From Squalus acanthias (taxonomy: Eukaryota), in NCBI GenBank assembly GCA_030390025.1, contig CM059431.1, forward strand, positions 142,912,001 to 142,976,000: DNA of 64,000 nucleotides, read 5' to 3'. Below the pieces are notes generated by a model. That model saw only the letters and a program-made list of their open reading frames with translations. It searched no databases and was not told the DNA's origin. The translations under genes and the position numbers were made by a program. Shown piece by piece: positions 50,455 to 64,000 of the stretch (the first letter of the stretch is position 1; each line of letters starts with the position of its first letter).

Positions 50455-52270
50455 CTAACATTGCTGATGTTGACTCTACTTTAACATTACTAGTGGTGAC
50501 TCTACACTAACATTACTGATGATGAAACTAGTCAAGCATTAAAGATGATGTCTCTACTCTAACATTAATGATGTTGACTCCATTTTATCATGGATGGCGG
50601 TGACTCTATTTAAAATTTATTGGTGATATCTCTACTCTATAATTAGTGGAGGAGAATCTAGTCTAACATTACTGATGATGATCCTACTCTAAAATAATTG
50701 GTGGTGACCCTACTCTAACATTACTTGTGGTGACCCTACACTAACATCAGTGGTCGTGAGCCTACACTGACATTACTGCTGCTGAACCTACTCCAACATT
50801 AATGGTGGTGACTCTACTTTAATATTACTTTAGGTGACCCTATTCTAACATTACTAGTGGTGACTCTACTTAAAATTTACTGGCGGTGACCCAACTCTAT
50901 CGTAACTGTTAGTGACTCTACACTAATATTACTGTTGGAAAACCTATTCTAACTTAACTGGTGTTGGCTTTAATGCAAAATTATGGGTGGTGACTCTACT
51001 CTTAAATAACTGGTGGTGAATATACGCTAACATTACTGATGTTGATACTACTCTAACATTAGTGGTGGTGACCCTACGCTAACATTACTGGTGGTGTCCC
51101 TACTCTAACATGACTTGTGGTGACTCTACTTTAACATTACTGGTGGTGACTCTACTCTAACATTACTGGTGGTGACTCTACTCTAACATTACTGGTGGTA
51201 ACTCTACTCTAACATTACTGGTGGTGGCCCTGCTCTAACATTACTGGTGGTGACTCTACTCTATCATTACTGCTGGAAATCACACAGTGACATTACTGGT
51301 GATGAATCAGATCTAACTTGAAATGTGGGCACGCTACTTTGATATTGCTGATTGTGACCAAACTGTAACATTACTGGTGTTGACTCAGCTGTATCATAAC
51401 TGGTAGTTACAATACTCAAACATTACTGGTGGTGACCCGACTTTAACATTACTGGTGTTGACTCAGCTGTATCATAACTGGTAGTTACAATACTCAAACA
51501 TTACTGGTGGTGACCCGACTTTAACATTACTGGTGGTGACCCAACTCTAACATTACTGGTGGTGACTCTACTCTAACATTACTGGTGGTTACTCTGCTCT
51601 AACATTACTGGTTGCGACAATACTCTTACATTACAGGTTGTGACTCTACTCTAACATTACTGGTGGTGAAAATACTCTAGAATTGCTGGTAGTGGATCTA
51701 CTATGACATTACTTTTGGTGTGCCTACTCTAAAATTACTGGTGGTGAGTCCATTTTAACATTACTTGTGGTGTCTCCACTCTAGCATTAATGGTGGTAAC
51801 TCTACTCTAACATTACTGGTTGTTAGCCTACTCTAAAAGTATTGCTTTTCACCCTACGCTAACATTACTGGTGGTGACTCTAATCTAATGATAGAATAAC
51901 GCCACCAAGAGTAATGTTAGTGTAAATTCACACCCAGTAATGTTAGACTAGTGTCACAACCATTAATGTTAGTGCAGGATCATCACCAAAAATGTTATAG
52001 CTGAGTCACCATCAATAATGTTAGAGTAGAGTCACCGTCAGTAATATTAGAGTAGGGTCACCGTCAGTAATGTTAGAGCAGCGTCACCACCAGTCATATT
52101 AGAGCAGGGTCATCACAGTAATGTTTGAATAGAGACACCGACAGTAATATTAGAGTAGGGACATCACCAGTAAGGTTAGAATTGCGTCAGTACCAATACT
52201 GTCACAGTGGGGTCACCACCAGCAATGTTAGAGTAGGATCACCACGAGTAATGATAGAGCAGTATCACCA
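50455..52270. repeat. 26-bp minisatellite (ACTCTACTCTAACATTACTGGTGGTG)n with an internal strand switch at ~51890
   Basis: Forward units 50455-51885; reverse-complement units (CACCACCAGTAATGTTAGAGTAGAGT-like) 51900-52270. Confidence 0.95.
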
Positions 52271-53879
52271 AAAGTAAGTCCGAATGGGCAGACCACTGTT
52301 AGCGGTAACTATAATCTTGTTTCGAATGCTTCAATCGTTATAAGCATGCCACTGAATGAGAAATATTTGGCAGCAAGAACCTAACTTAGTGTCCAAGAGA
52401 GTTGTTGGCTTCATGGATCCCCGGCGTGTAGAAGCGTATTATACCTGTGCTTATTTTCTGTTCCTTAATTGTAATGGACAGAATTTCGTGGGTTTAGTCG
52501 CATTACTTTCCCGTTGCTCTTCCCCGGCACCTTGAAGCGAAAAATCTCACCTTGTTGTTCAAGTGACTTTAAATAACGCCCATAGTGTGAAACTTGATTT
52601 TGTCAACGGGGCACCGATTGTTCACTCAAGGGGGAGTATGAACTGATCTCAGCTGCACTCCGGTCGGAACCGTAAAGTGCGGTCAGAGTTGACCTATTCT
52701 TCTAAAGATAGTGCAACCAATAATTCTGCAGACTGTTCTCGCTATCCTTTGTGTTCCCGATAAATCGAGTATACGGTTATTAATAGGTGCGGAATATTGT
52801 AACATTTTGATCTCTGTTATATAATGTAATAGATGAACCATGTAATGTTTGCTTTGCTTTTTCACAATAATTTGTACCTTATTCTAATGTCTCACTAGTT
52901 CACCAGTGTCATGGAGAGAAGTGCTTGATATCCTAATTTATTTAATATAACAGACATAAACACTGGTATCCTTTCAAAATTAACCTGTAGGTGGCCACAC
53001 AAAGACAAACACAGCCATAGATGCAGAGAGTATCGGGGAACAGCGGGAAATAAACAAGATATATTGATAAAGAGCTTTGCTGCCAGAAAATTGCCTGAAC
53101 CGCTATGGTCAATGAATGGTTTGATGGTTGACTTCCTGATACAACTTGGAATTCTGGAGAACTGGGTTTGTGTTTTGTAGAACAAGTTGAACTCCTGGGG
53201 CGGAGCCAACAGCCACCTCGCTGTAATACGCGACAAGAGCAGAGAATTTGACCAGGGCCGGCGAGAGTCGATAGAGCATCAGACTCTTAATTTCAGATCG
53301 TTGGGTGAGTGCTTTTTACAACCTTTCAAGTTGCGTTCATGAGCAACCCCCGACTCTGAATTCCTGCCGCAGTGTCACCGCCCTCAAAGAGGATCTTTCC
53401 CCGCAACTTTCGCTTAATATTATATTTGCTGGTTTAAGATTGAAAACTGACCTCCCCTTCACTGTAACAGCGAGAGACAACATTGTAGGTGCCGCGGAAT
53501 TATAGAATGATACTGCAGAGGAGGAGGCCGTTCGGCCCATCGTGCCTGTGCCGGCTCTTTGGCAGATCTATCCAATTAATACCACTCCCCTGCTCTTTCC
53601 CCATAGCCATGTTTTTGTTCTCTTCAAATGATGTACAATAAATGGTAAAACTGTGAAAGCTAACAGAAAGAGTTCGGAATTCAGATACACTAACCATTTC
53701 TGACGGGTCTCAGACTCTCAGAGGTTACAACCTCCCCTGCTTCATTGTCCTTTGCGAGGCAGGTCTGACGTTCCAGTCAAAACTCAGTCCGAACAAAACT
53801 GGCTGCAGTCTCAGAATTAGAATGGCCACGTCCTGGGGACCGAGAGCAGCCGGTCCACGTCGAGGAACAACCAGGATAC

Positions 53880-54120
53880 GATATTTTTTACACAGCGAGT
53901 TGTTGTGATGTAAAATGCATTATCTGAAAGGGGGTGAAGGCAGATTCAAAAGTAACTTTCAAAGGAGAACTGGATAAATAATTGAAGGGAACATTTTACA
54001 GGTAATGGGGAAAGAGCAGGGGGCATTGATTAATGGGATAGCTCTGTCAAAGAGCCGGCACAGGCTTGATGGGCCGAATGACCTCCTTCTGTGCTGTATC
54101 ATTATATGATTCTATGATTC
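53880..54120 (+). mobile_element. CR1 3' fragment
   Basis: TTTTACACAGCGAGTTG..AAAGAGCCGGCACAGG..GGGCCGAATG..ATTCTATGATTCT; an inverted tail of the same type lies at 53500-53640. Confidence 0.75.
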
Positions 54121-54475
54121 TGTTAAAAGGATTCCGACGAGAATTATCTGATTCAGGAGATTAGGCGAGGACAATTAGTGAGCTCATTCAAACCCAAAAT
54201 CACTTAAAAAGAAATCCTACGTGACTTGACTGGTTTCAATCAGTGAAAAGTCTGTAAAAGGCAACGGAGGAGAAGGATTGAGAGGTTTTAGTGTGGGACA
54301 GAAGTGATGTTGTTTAAGGTCACTGAGCCTTCCAGTATTTACAGGAGGACAATGAGTGACACCTTCTCTGGGCCTCTGTAGGGAAATTCCGGTAAATTGA
54401 GCAGCCGTGCAGTGAGTCAGGATGGCCGAGCGGTCACAGGCGCTGTGTTCAGGTGTGGGTTCCAATTCCCACTTC

Positions 54476-54960
54476 AGAGGCCGGTGTCGGGAGCAGAGAG
54501 AGCGATGGTACAGTGAGTATTTAAACTCACTTTTGCGGGCTTTTTTCAGAGGCCAGTGTCGGGAGCGGAGAGAGCGACGGTAGAATGAGTATTTAAACTC
54601 ACTTTCGCGGGCTTTTTTACAGAGGCCGGTGTCGGGAACGGAGAGAGCGACGGTAGAATGAGTATTTAAACTCAAATCGCGGTCTTTTTTCAGAGGCCGG
54701 TTTCAGGAGCGGAGAGAGCAACAGCACAGTGAGTATTTAAACTCACTTTCGCGGGCTTTTTTCAGAGGCCAGTGTCGGGAGCGGAGAGAGCGACGGTAGA
54801 ATGAGTATTTAAACTCACTTTCGCGGGCTTTTTTACAGAGGCCTGTGTCGGGAAAGGAGAGAGCGACGGTACTGTGAGTATTTAAACTCAAATCGCGGGC
54901 TTTTTTCAGAGGCCGGTTTCAGGAGCGGAGAGAGCAACAGCACAGTTACTAGCATTTTTA
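54476..54960 (+). repeat. ~72-bp tandem monomers (7 copies) at the 5' end of a CR1
   Basis: AGAGGCC starts at 54476, 54548, 54621, 54692, 54763, 54837, 54908; the first six units contain GAGTATTTAAACTC. Confidence 0.9.
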
Positions 54961-57900
54961 CAGAGCCTTACCAATCGCACAGACCGGCGGCGGCCTTCCA
55001 GAGCCAAGTCACGATTCAAAAAGTGATGCGGACAAGAGGAAGCAGCTGATTGGGTGAGTACGGCCAGGTGAGTATTTATACTACTCTATAATTGTGTGTT
55101 AAGGTGAATAGTTTATAAAGTTTAGAAGGTCTTAATTTTGTGTTTTTAGTTTCTAAGGTCTCAGTTGTGTAGCGGAGAGTGCTAGTAAACAAGGGCCCTT
55201 GACTATATCATTTAATTGTGGTGTAATTTTTGGTATCGATTTGATTTAATTTAATTTAAATTAATTAAAGGGTAAGTCATGGTAGCACAGCTCGGCCCCG
55301 TGGCATGCTCCTCCTGCACTATGTGGGAAATCAGGGACACTTCCTGTGTCCCTGACGACCATGTGTGCGGGATGTGTATCCAGCTGCAGCTACTGGCAGA
55401 CCGCATTGCGGCGCTGGAGCTGCGAATGGATACATACTGTAGCTTTTGCGATGCTGAGGACGTAGTGGATATCACGTTTCATGAGTTGGTTACACCGCAG
55501 GTAAATGCTGCACAGGCAGGAAGGGAATGGGTGACAACCAGGCAGAGTAGTAGGCGCAGGCACGTAGTGCAGTGGTCCCCTGTGGCCAACCCCCTCTCAA
55601 CCAATATACCGCTTTGGATATTGTTGAGAAGGATAGCTTATCGGGGGAAGGCAGCAGCAACCAACTTCCTGGCACCATGGGTGGTTCTGCTGCACAGGAC
55701 GGGAGGAAAAAGAGCGGGAGAGCTATAGTGATAGGGGATTCTATTGTAAGTGGAATAGATAAGCGTTTCTGCGGCCGCAAATGAGACTCCAGGATGGTAT
55801 GTTGCTTCCCTGGTGCAAGGGTCAAGGATGTCTCGGAGCGGCTGCAGGGCATTCTGGAGGGGGAGGGTGAACAGCCAGTTGGTGTGGTTCATATATGTTC
55901 CAACGATATAGGTACAAAACGGGATGAGGTCCTAAAAGCTGAATATAGGGAGTTAGGAGGTAAATTAAAAAATAGGACCTCAGAGGTAATAATCTCAGGA
56001 TTGCTAACGGTGCCACGTGCGAGTCAGACTAGAATAAGAAGGATATTTCAGATGAATACGTGGCTAGAGGAATGGTGCAAGGGGGAGGGATTCAAATTCC
56101 TGGGACATTGGAACCGGTTCTGGGGGAGGTGGGACCAGTACAAACTGTACGGTTTGCACTTGGGCAGGACTGGGACCGATGTCCTAGGGGGAGTGTTTGC
56201 TAGTGCTGTTGGGGAGGGTTTAAGCTAAAATGGCAGGGGGTTGAGAACCTGTGCAGGGAAACAGAGGAAAGGGAAGCAAGGATATAAGCAAAAGACAGTA
56301 AGGAGGAAAGCAAAAGTGAAAGGCAGAGAAATCAAGGGTGTAAATCAAACAGGGCTACAGTAAATAATAATTCTAAAAGGACTAAGAGTGTTAAAAAACA
56401 AGGCTGAAGGCTTTGTGTCTTAACGGGAGGAGCATTCATAATAAGGTGGATGAATTAGCTGCACAAATAGATGTAAACGGATATGATATAATTGGGATTA
56501 CAGAGACATGGCTCCAGGGTGACCAAGGCTGGGAATTCAACAGCCAGGGGTATTCAATATTCAGGAAGGACAGACAAAAAGGAAAAGCAGGTGGGGTAGC
56601 ATTGCTGGTTGATGAGGAGATTAACACAATAGTATGGAAGGATATTAGCTCTGATGATGTGGAATCTGTATGGGTAGAGCTGAGAAATACCAAGGGGCAG
56701 AAAACGTTAGTGGGTGTTGTATACAGATCCCCAAACACTAATGCTGAGGTTGGGGATGGCATTAAATGGGAAATTAGAGACACGCGCAATAAGGGCACTG
56801 CAGTTATCATAGGTGACTTTAATCTACATATAGATTGGGCTAACCAAATTAATAACAATACTGTGGAGGAGGAATTCCTAGAGTGTATACGGGATGCTTT
56901 CCTGGACAAATATGTCGAGGAACCAACTAGAGATCAGGCCATCTTAGACTGGGCATTATGTAATGAGAAAGGATTAATTAGCAATCTTGTTGTGCGAGGC
57001 CCCTTGGGGAGGAGCGAACATAATATGATATAATTGTTCTTTAAGGAGAGTGAATTAGTTGACTCAGAGACTAGGTGCCTGAATTTAAATAAAGGAAACT
57101 ATGATGGTACTAGGCGAGAGTTGGCTAGGATGGATTGGGGAGCATTACATAAAGGGTTGACAGTGGATAGGCAATGGCAAACATTTAAAGTTAGCATGGA
57201 TGAACTACAGAATTTGTTCATCGCTGTTTGGCATAAAAATAAATCAAAAAAGGTGACTCAACCGTGGGTAACAAGGGAAATTAGGGACAGCATAAGGTCC
57301 AAGGAGAGGACATATAAATTGGCTAGAAAAAGCAGCAATCCTGAGTATTGGGAGCAGTTTAGGAATTCAGCAAAGGAAGATAAAGGGATTAATTAAGAGG
57401 GGGGAAATAGAATATGAGAGTAAGCTTGCAGGGGACATAAAAACTGACTGTAAAAACTTCTATAGATATGTGAAGAGTAAAAGATTGGTGAAGTCAAGCG
57501 TAGGTCCCTTGCAGTCAGAATCAGGGGAATTTATAATGGGGAACAAAGAAATGGCAGATCAATTGAATGCATACTTTGGTTCTGGCTACACAAAGGAGGA
57601 CAAAAATAAACTCCCAGAGATGTCGGGGAACATATGGTCTAATGAGAGGGAGGAATTGAATGAAATCAGTATATGTAGGGATATGGTGTTAGGGAAATTG
57701 ACGGGATTGAAGGCCGATAAATCCCCAGGGCCTGATAATCTACATCCTAGGGTACATAAGGAAGTGGCCCTAGAAATAGTAGATGCATTGCTGGTCACCT
57801 TTCAAAATTCTATAGAATCTGGAACAGTTCCCATGGATTGAAGGGTAGCTAATGTAACCACACTATTTAAAAAAGGTGGTAGAGAAAAAAACGGGGAATG

Positions 57901-59312
57901 ATGGACCGGTAAGCTTGACATCGGGAGTGGGCAAAATGCTAGAGTCCATTATAAAAGATGTAATAGCAGAGCAATTGGAAAGCAGTGACAGGATCGGACA
58001 AAGTCAATATGGATTTACAAAAGGTAAATCATGCCTGACTAATCTACTGGAATTTTTTGAGTATGTAACTGGTAGAATGGATATTGGAGAATCAGTGGAT
58101 GTGGTGTATTTGGACTTTCAGAAGGCTTTCGATAAGGTCCCGGATTAGAGATTAGTGTGCAAAGTTAAATCACATGGGATTGGGGGTAAGGTACTGATTT
58201 GGATAGAGAACTGGTTGGCAGACAGGAAGCAAAGAGTTGGAATAAACGTGTCTTTTTCCGAGTGCCAGGCAGTGACTAGTGGGCTACTGCAGGGATCGGT
58301 GCTAGGACCCCAGCTATTCACAATATATATATTAATGATCTAGACGAGGGAACTAGATGTAATATCTCTAAGTTTGCAGACGACACAAAGCTGGGTGAGC
58401 GTGTTTCCTGTGAGGTAGATGCAGAGAAACTCCAGTATGATTTGGACAGGTTGGGTGATTGGGCAGATGCATGGCAGATGCAGTATAATGTGGATAAATG
58501 CGAGGTTATCCACTTTGGTGGCAAAAACAGGAAGACAGATTATTTTCTGAACGGCAATAGATTGGGAAAAGGGGAAGTGCAACGAGATCTGGGAGTCCTT
58601 GTGCACCAGTCGCTGAAGGTAAGCATGCAGGTGCAGCAGGTGGTTAAGAAGGCAAATGGTATATTGGCCTTCATAGCGAGAGGATTCGAGTACAGCAGCA
58701 ACGATGTCTTGCTGCAGTTGTACAGGGCCTTGGTGAGACCACACCTGGAGTATTGTGTGCAGTTTTGGTCGCCTTATCTGAGGAAGGATGTTCTTGCCAT
58801 GGAGGGAGTACAGCGAAGATTTACCAGACTGATACCTGGGATGGCAGGAATGACGTATGAAGAGAGATTGGATAGATAAGGCTTATATTCGCTAGAGTTT
58901 AGAAGTATGAGAGGGGATCTCATTGAAATTCATAAAATTCTAACAGGACTAGACAGACTGGATGCAGGACGGATGTTCCCGATGGCGGGGGAGTTCAGAA
59001 CCAGAGGTCACAGTCTAAGGAAATGGGGTAAGCCATTTAGGACTGAGATGAGGAGGAATTTCTTCACCCAGACAGTGGTGAACATGTGGAATTCTCTACC
59101 ACGGAAGGCAGTTGAGGCCAATTCATTAAATATATTCAAGAAGGCGATAGATATACTTCTTAAGGCTAAAGGGATCAAGGGGTATGGGGAGAAAGCAGGG
59201 ACAGGGTACCGAATTTGGATGATCAGCCATGATCTCATTAAATGGAGGTGCAGGCTCGAGGGGCCGAATTGCCTACTCCTGCTCCTATCTTCTGTGCTTC
59301 TATGCTTCTATG
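54476..59312 (+). mobile_element. Near full-length CR1 LINE (ORF1 zinc finger/coiled coil + SGNH esterase from 55279; ORF2 APE endonuclease + RT), inactivated
   Basis: ORF1 CSSCTMW..CGMCIQLQLLADRIAALE, IVIGDSIV, HICSND; ORF2 LNGRSIHNK..GITETWL..GDFN..SEHN; RT DFQKAFDKVP, SKFADDTKL; tail TTCTATGCTTCTATG; several stops and frameshifts. Confidence 0.95.
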
Positions 59313-59716
59313 AATGATCGCCTACCAACAAGTAATGGCTAACAGGTGAGGCGGGGGGTGAGGGATTGACAGGTGGTGCAGAAATTTAATATGGTCGTCT
59401 TAAGGCAATAATAATATAGCGCCGTTGGTAGTTTATTTCAATCGTTTAAACAACACATGCATTACTGCATCAAAGATCAACAAGATCGTTCACTGCAGAA
59501 AGTCCAAACAATCAGATCAGGTTACTGTTATATTTCAGGGTGATTTTTCCACACTATAAACAGTTGTGACACGTCTCAAATTTCTCTTTATTCAGTTTAT
59601 GTATGAGTTGGTTTTTCATGTAATTCTCTTAGCTTCACCCGTGTTGTTCGGTGGAAAAATGACGTCATTCATGACTGGATTTAGACGCCACTGCACCAAA
59701 TAGACGTCTTGCTGAA

Positions 59717-60540
59717 TCATAGAACCATAGAATGATACAGCACCGAAAGAGGCCATTCGGGTCATCGTGCCTGTGCTGACTCTCTGAAAGAGCGATCCAA
59801 TTACAACCACTCCCCTGCTCTTTCCCCATAGCCCTGCAAATTTTTATGTTTTAAGTCTTTCCACTTACCTTTTGAAAGTTGCAATTGAATCTTCTTCCAC
59901 GGCCATTTCAAACAGTGCATTCCAGATCACAACAACTCGCTGTGTAAATAATTTTCTCCTCATCTCCCCTCTTGCACTTTTGCCAATTACGTTAAATCTC
60001 TATCCTCTGGTTACCAACTCCTCTGCCAGTGGAAATAGCTTCACCTCATTTATTCTATCAAAACGACTCATAATTTTGAACACTTCAAATGGATCTCCCC
60101 TTATCCTTTCCTGCTCTAAGGAGAACAATCCCAGCTTCTATAGGCTCTCGACATAACTGAAACCCGTCATCCCTGCTCACATTCTAGTAAATATCCTCTG
60201 CACCATTTCCAAGGTCTTGATATCCTTCCAAAATGTGGTGGCCAGAATTGGACACAATGCTCCATTTGAGGACTAATCAATAATTTACAGTGCTTTAGCA
60301 TAACCTCGGTGCTTTTGTACGCTGTGCCTCTATTTACAAAGCAAATTATCCCATATGCTGTTAACAGCTTGTTCTGCCACCATCAAAATTGTGTGACCCT
60401 GAACCCCCAGGTCACTCGGTACCTGCAGCCCTTTTTAAATTGTACTTTTTAGTTTATAAAGATTCTCCTCATTCTTCCTTCAAAAATGCAACACTCTACA
60501 ATTCTCTACGTTAAATTTCATCTGTAATGTGTCCCATTGT
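59717..60540 (-). mobile_element. CR1 3' fragment, decayed
   Basis: Tail ATCATAGAACCATAGAAT..GAGGCCATTCGG followed by ORF2 C-terminal sequence in reverse. Confidence 0.8.
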
Positions 60541-61529
60541 ACGAGCACCATTTTGTACCGTTAAAAGTCTTTCTATAACGGTGGTGGCATCAGACTGTTG
60601 TAGGTTGGACCTTGGGGATTGTTGTTTGAGGCCTGTTGTCCTGGTCAGTATGCTCATTGGAAGGCTGGGAAGGGAAATTGAATTGTTCGGAAACAGAAAA
60701 TAAATAAACAAATAAATTAATATGCTAACAAACAAACTGAGATAAACGATGATGTATTGCTCCACGTAAAGTGTGAAAAACGTCGATAAATGAAAATCGC
60801 GGTATACGTTATAATGGGCTAGAATTTACTGTCAAAATAATGGTGAGGCTAATGGCACTCACTGTTATTTATTCACAAATCGGACAGCTACTTCCAGCCA
60901 GCACAGATGCGCAGATCAACGCAGAAATCTGGAGTTACTGTCCGAGATCCACCGCTATTCGTTAAACTGCTCGAAAATGGCCTCTCGCTGTCCGGCTCGC
61001 CATTCAAATTTACTGAGCTGCGTAAATTTCCTGCACTTGCCCGGTAGGGAGGGAATAATCTCACCACAGAAAGCTAGGGATTGTCCATATCATTCAAAGT
61101 AGCATTTTTAAAAGAGTTATAATTTTTAATTACTGACAAACAACCTTTCCAGCACTGATAATTAACATTTACGAATGTGGAGTCTCATTCCTTCAGATAT
61201 TCGTTGTTGATAGAGATTATTGTTAAAAGTAAAAATTGAAAACGAGTGGTTTATCTTTCTTTCTGTCTCTTTTTTCTCTCTCTGAATCCAATCTTTCTTT
61301 CCCTTTCTCTAATTCGCTTTCAATGCCTGATTTGATATTGAATACTTATTCTAACTTACACTTCCTGTTTCACAATCTGCGCTGTTCACACTTCAATCCT
61401 TCACTGTGATTGGTGAAAGGGATACACAATTGCTTGTTCTGTTCACCCAGGTCCCAGATGCCCTGTAGAGGGCGCCGGAACGTTTGGATCTGTTACTACA
61501 AATTCAAGTACAATAAGTCATTGGAATTA

Positions 61530-64000
61530 AACAGACATCTCCATCCTCAATGATGGCGAACCCCAGCACACAAGTGCAAAAGACAAGTCTGAAGCGTGTG
61601 CAACCATCTTCAGCCTGAAGTGCTGAGCAGATGAACCATACCGACCTCCTACTGAGTTCCCCACCATCACAGAAGCCAGTCTTCAGCCAATTCAATACAC
61701 TTCACGTGATATCAAGAAACGACTGAGTGCACGATTACAGCAAAAGCTATGGGTCCCGACAGCAATCCCCGCTGTCGTGCTGAAGACTGGGGCTCCAGAA
61801 CTAGCCGCACCTCTAACCAAGCTGTTCTAGTACAGCTACAACTCTGACATCTTTCCGACAATGTGAAAAATTGCCCAGGTACTTCCTGTCCACAAAAAGC
61901 AGGACCAATCCAATCCGACCAATTACAGCCCCATCAGTCTACTCTCAATCAACAGCAAATTCATGGAAGGTGTCGTCGACAGTGCTATCAAGCGGCACTT
62001 GCTAAGCAATAACCTGCTCAGCGATAATCAATTTGCGCTCTTCCAGGATCACTCGGCTGCAGACCTCATTACAGCCTTGTTCCAAACATGGACAGAAGTA
62101 CTGAATTCCAGAGGTGAGGTGAGAGTGACTGCCTTTGACACCAAGGCTGCATTTGACCGAGTGTGGCATCGAGGAGACCAAGTAGAATTACAATCAATGG
62201 GTATCAGTAGGGAATTCTCCACTGGCTGGATTCATATCACAAATATAACACAAAGGAAGATGGATGTTGTTGTTGGAGATCAATCATCTCTGCCCCAGGA
62301 CAACGCTGCAGGAGAGCCTCAGGGCCGTGTCATCAGCCCAACGATCTACAGCTGGTTCATCAATGACCTTCCCACCATCATACGGTCAGAAGTGGGAAGT
62401 TCGCTGACGATTGCACTGTGTTCAGTTCAATTCACAACTCCGCAGATAAAGAAGCACTCCATGCCCGCATGCAGCATTGCCTGGACGACCTACTGGAGAT
62501 TTTTGAGGATGTAACTGGTAGAATAGATAAGGGAGAAGCAGTGGATGTGGTGTATTTGAAGTTTCAGAAGGCCGTTAATAAAATCCCACATAAGAGGTTA
62601 GTGTGCCAAATTAAAGCACATGTGATAGGGGGTAATATACTGGAATGGATTGCAAATTGGTTAACAGACAGGAAACAGAGAGTAGGAATAAATGGGTCTT
62701 TTTCAGGGTGGCAGGCGGTGACTAGTGGGGTACCGCAGGGATCAGTGTTTACGCCCCTGATATTCACAATATATATCAATGATTTAGATGAGGGAACCAA
62801 ATGTAATATTTCCAAGTTTGCTGACGACTCGAAACTACGTGGGATTGTGAGTTTTGAGGAGGATGCAAAGAGGCTTCTAGGCGATTTAGACAAGTTCAGT
62901 GAGTGGGCAAATACATGGCAGATGCAGTATAACCTGGATAAATGTGAAGTTATCCACTTCGGTAGGAAAAACAGAAAGGCAGAGTAATATTTAAATGGTG
63001 ATATATTGGGAAATGTTGATGTACAAAGGGACCTGGGTCTTCTTGTACACCCGTCACTGAAAGCAAACATGCAGGTGCAGCAAGCAGTTAGGAAGGCAAA
63101 TGGTGTGTTGGCCTTCGTTTGAAGAGCATTTAAGTACAGGAGCAAGGATGTTTTACTACAGTTATACAGGGCTTTGGTGAGACCACACCTGGAGTACTGT
63201 GTGCAGTTTTGGTCTACTTACCTAAGAAAGGATATACTTGCCATAGAGGGAGTGCAACGAAGGATCACCAGACTGATTCCTGGGAAGGCAGGGCTGTGGA
63301 ATGAGGAGAGATTGGGTCGACTAGGTCTGTATACACTAGAGTTTAGAAGAATGAGAGGGGATCTCATCGAAACGTATAAAATTCTGACAGGGCTAGACAG
63401 ACTGGATGCAGGGAGGATGTTTCCCCTGGCTGGGGGGTCTAGAAAGAGGGGTCGCAGTCTCAGGATACGGGGTAGGACATTTAGGACTGAGATGAGGAGA
63501 AATTTCTTCACTCAGAGGGTGGTGAACGTGTCGAATTCTCTACCAAATAAGGTGTGGAGGCCAATTCACTGAATATATTTAAGAAGGAGATAGATAGATT
63601 TCTAAATGCAAAAGGCGTCAAGGGGTATGGGGAGAGAGCGGGAATATGCTAGAGATAGAGGATCAGCCATGATCATATTAAATGGCGGGGCCGGCTCGAA
63701 GGGCCGAATGTCGCACTCCTGCTCCTATCTTTCTATGTTTCTGTGTTTCTATTCAGGATTGTTCTGATAAGTGGCTACGAACATTAGTGCCAAACAAGTA
63801 CCAGCCAATGACTATCTCCAACAAGTGTGAGCCTAACCATCGCCCCATGACATTCAACGGCATTACCTTCGCCGAATCCACCACCATCAACATCCTGAGG
63901 GTCACCATTGTCCAGAAACTTAGCTGGTACAGGCACGTAAATACTGTGGCCACATGAGCAGGTCAGAGGCTGTGTATTCTGCAGCGTGTGTCTCACCTCC
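61530..64000 (+). mobile_element. Family B LINE interrupted by a CR1 (62490-63750)
   Basis: Family B RT breaks at CCTGGACGAC (~62489) and resumes at ATTCAGGATTGTTCTGATAAGTGG (~63751). Confidence 0.85.
62490..63750 (+). mobile_element. 5'-truncated CR1 nested in family B LINE
   Basis: LLEIFEDVT..GVPQGSV..SKFADDSKL..RPHLEYCVQFWS; tail TTTCTATGTTTCTGTGTTTCT. Confidence 0.95.

Noticed and set aside
50455..52270. CRISPR-like regular repeats
   Set aside because: Head-to-tail units with no unique spacers, no cas genes, vertebrate context.
52985..53221. Minus-strand segment bounded by AG and GT, open in two frames
   Set aside because: No recognisable protein, weak donor (GTTAAT), no supporting neighbouring exons.
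54217..54891. Minus-strand ORFs with repeated KKARESEFKYS
   Set aside because: Antisense translation of the 72-bp monomers.
55279..59210. Active CR1 or domesticated esterase/RT gene
   Set aside because: Both ORFs have multiple stops and frameshifts, and the esterase DGLH motif reads YGLH.

Overview
Repeat-dense vertebrate genomic DNA. The CR1/L2/RTE LINE content, Deu-type SINEs and GPR139-like genes point to a cartilaginous fish (shark); this is inference. Host genes: two minus-strand, two-exon class A GPCR paralogues of the GPR139-like type. One is intact (32645-31233, 319 aa) and one carries a single in-frame TAG (49962-47466). There is also a possible terminal exon of an unidentified gene at the window start. 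Most remaining sequence is decayed LINEs (one near full-length CR1 with 5' tandem monomers), a family of MITE-like elements with 3-bp TSDs, and minisatellites, several traceable to small pieces of TEs. Most notable: (i) both GPCR paralogues share a TATA box plus a 34-bp conserved block at identical spacing, each followed by a related minisatellite; (ii) a TE-interrupted ~1.8-kb tandem module (promoter-like motifs plus exon-like segments) recurs between 14.6 and 27.7 kb. All alignments were done by eye and TE boundaries are approximate.
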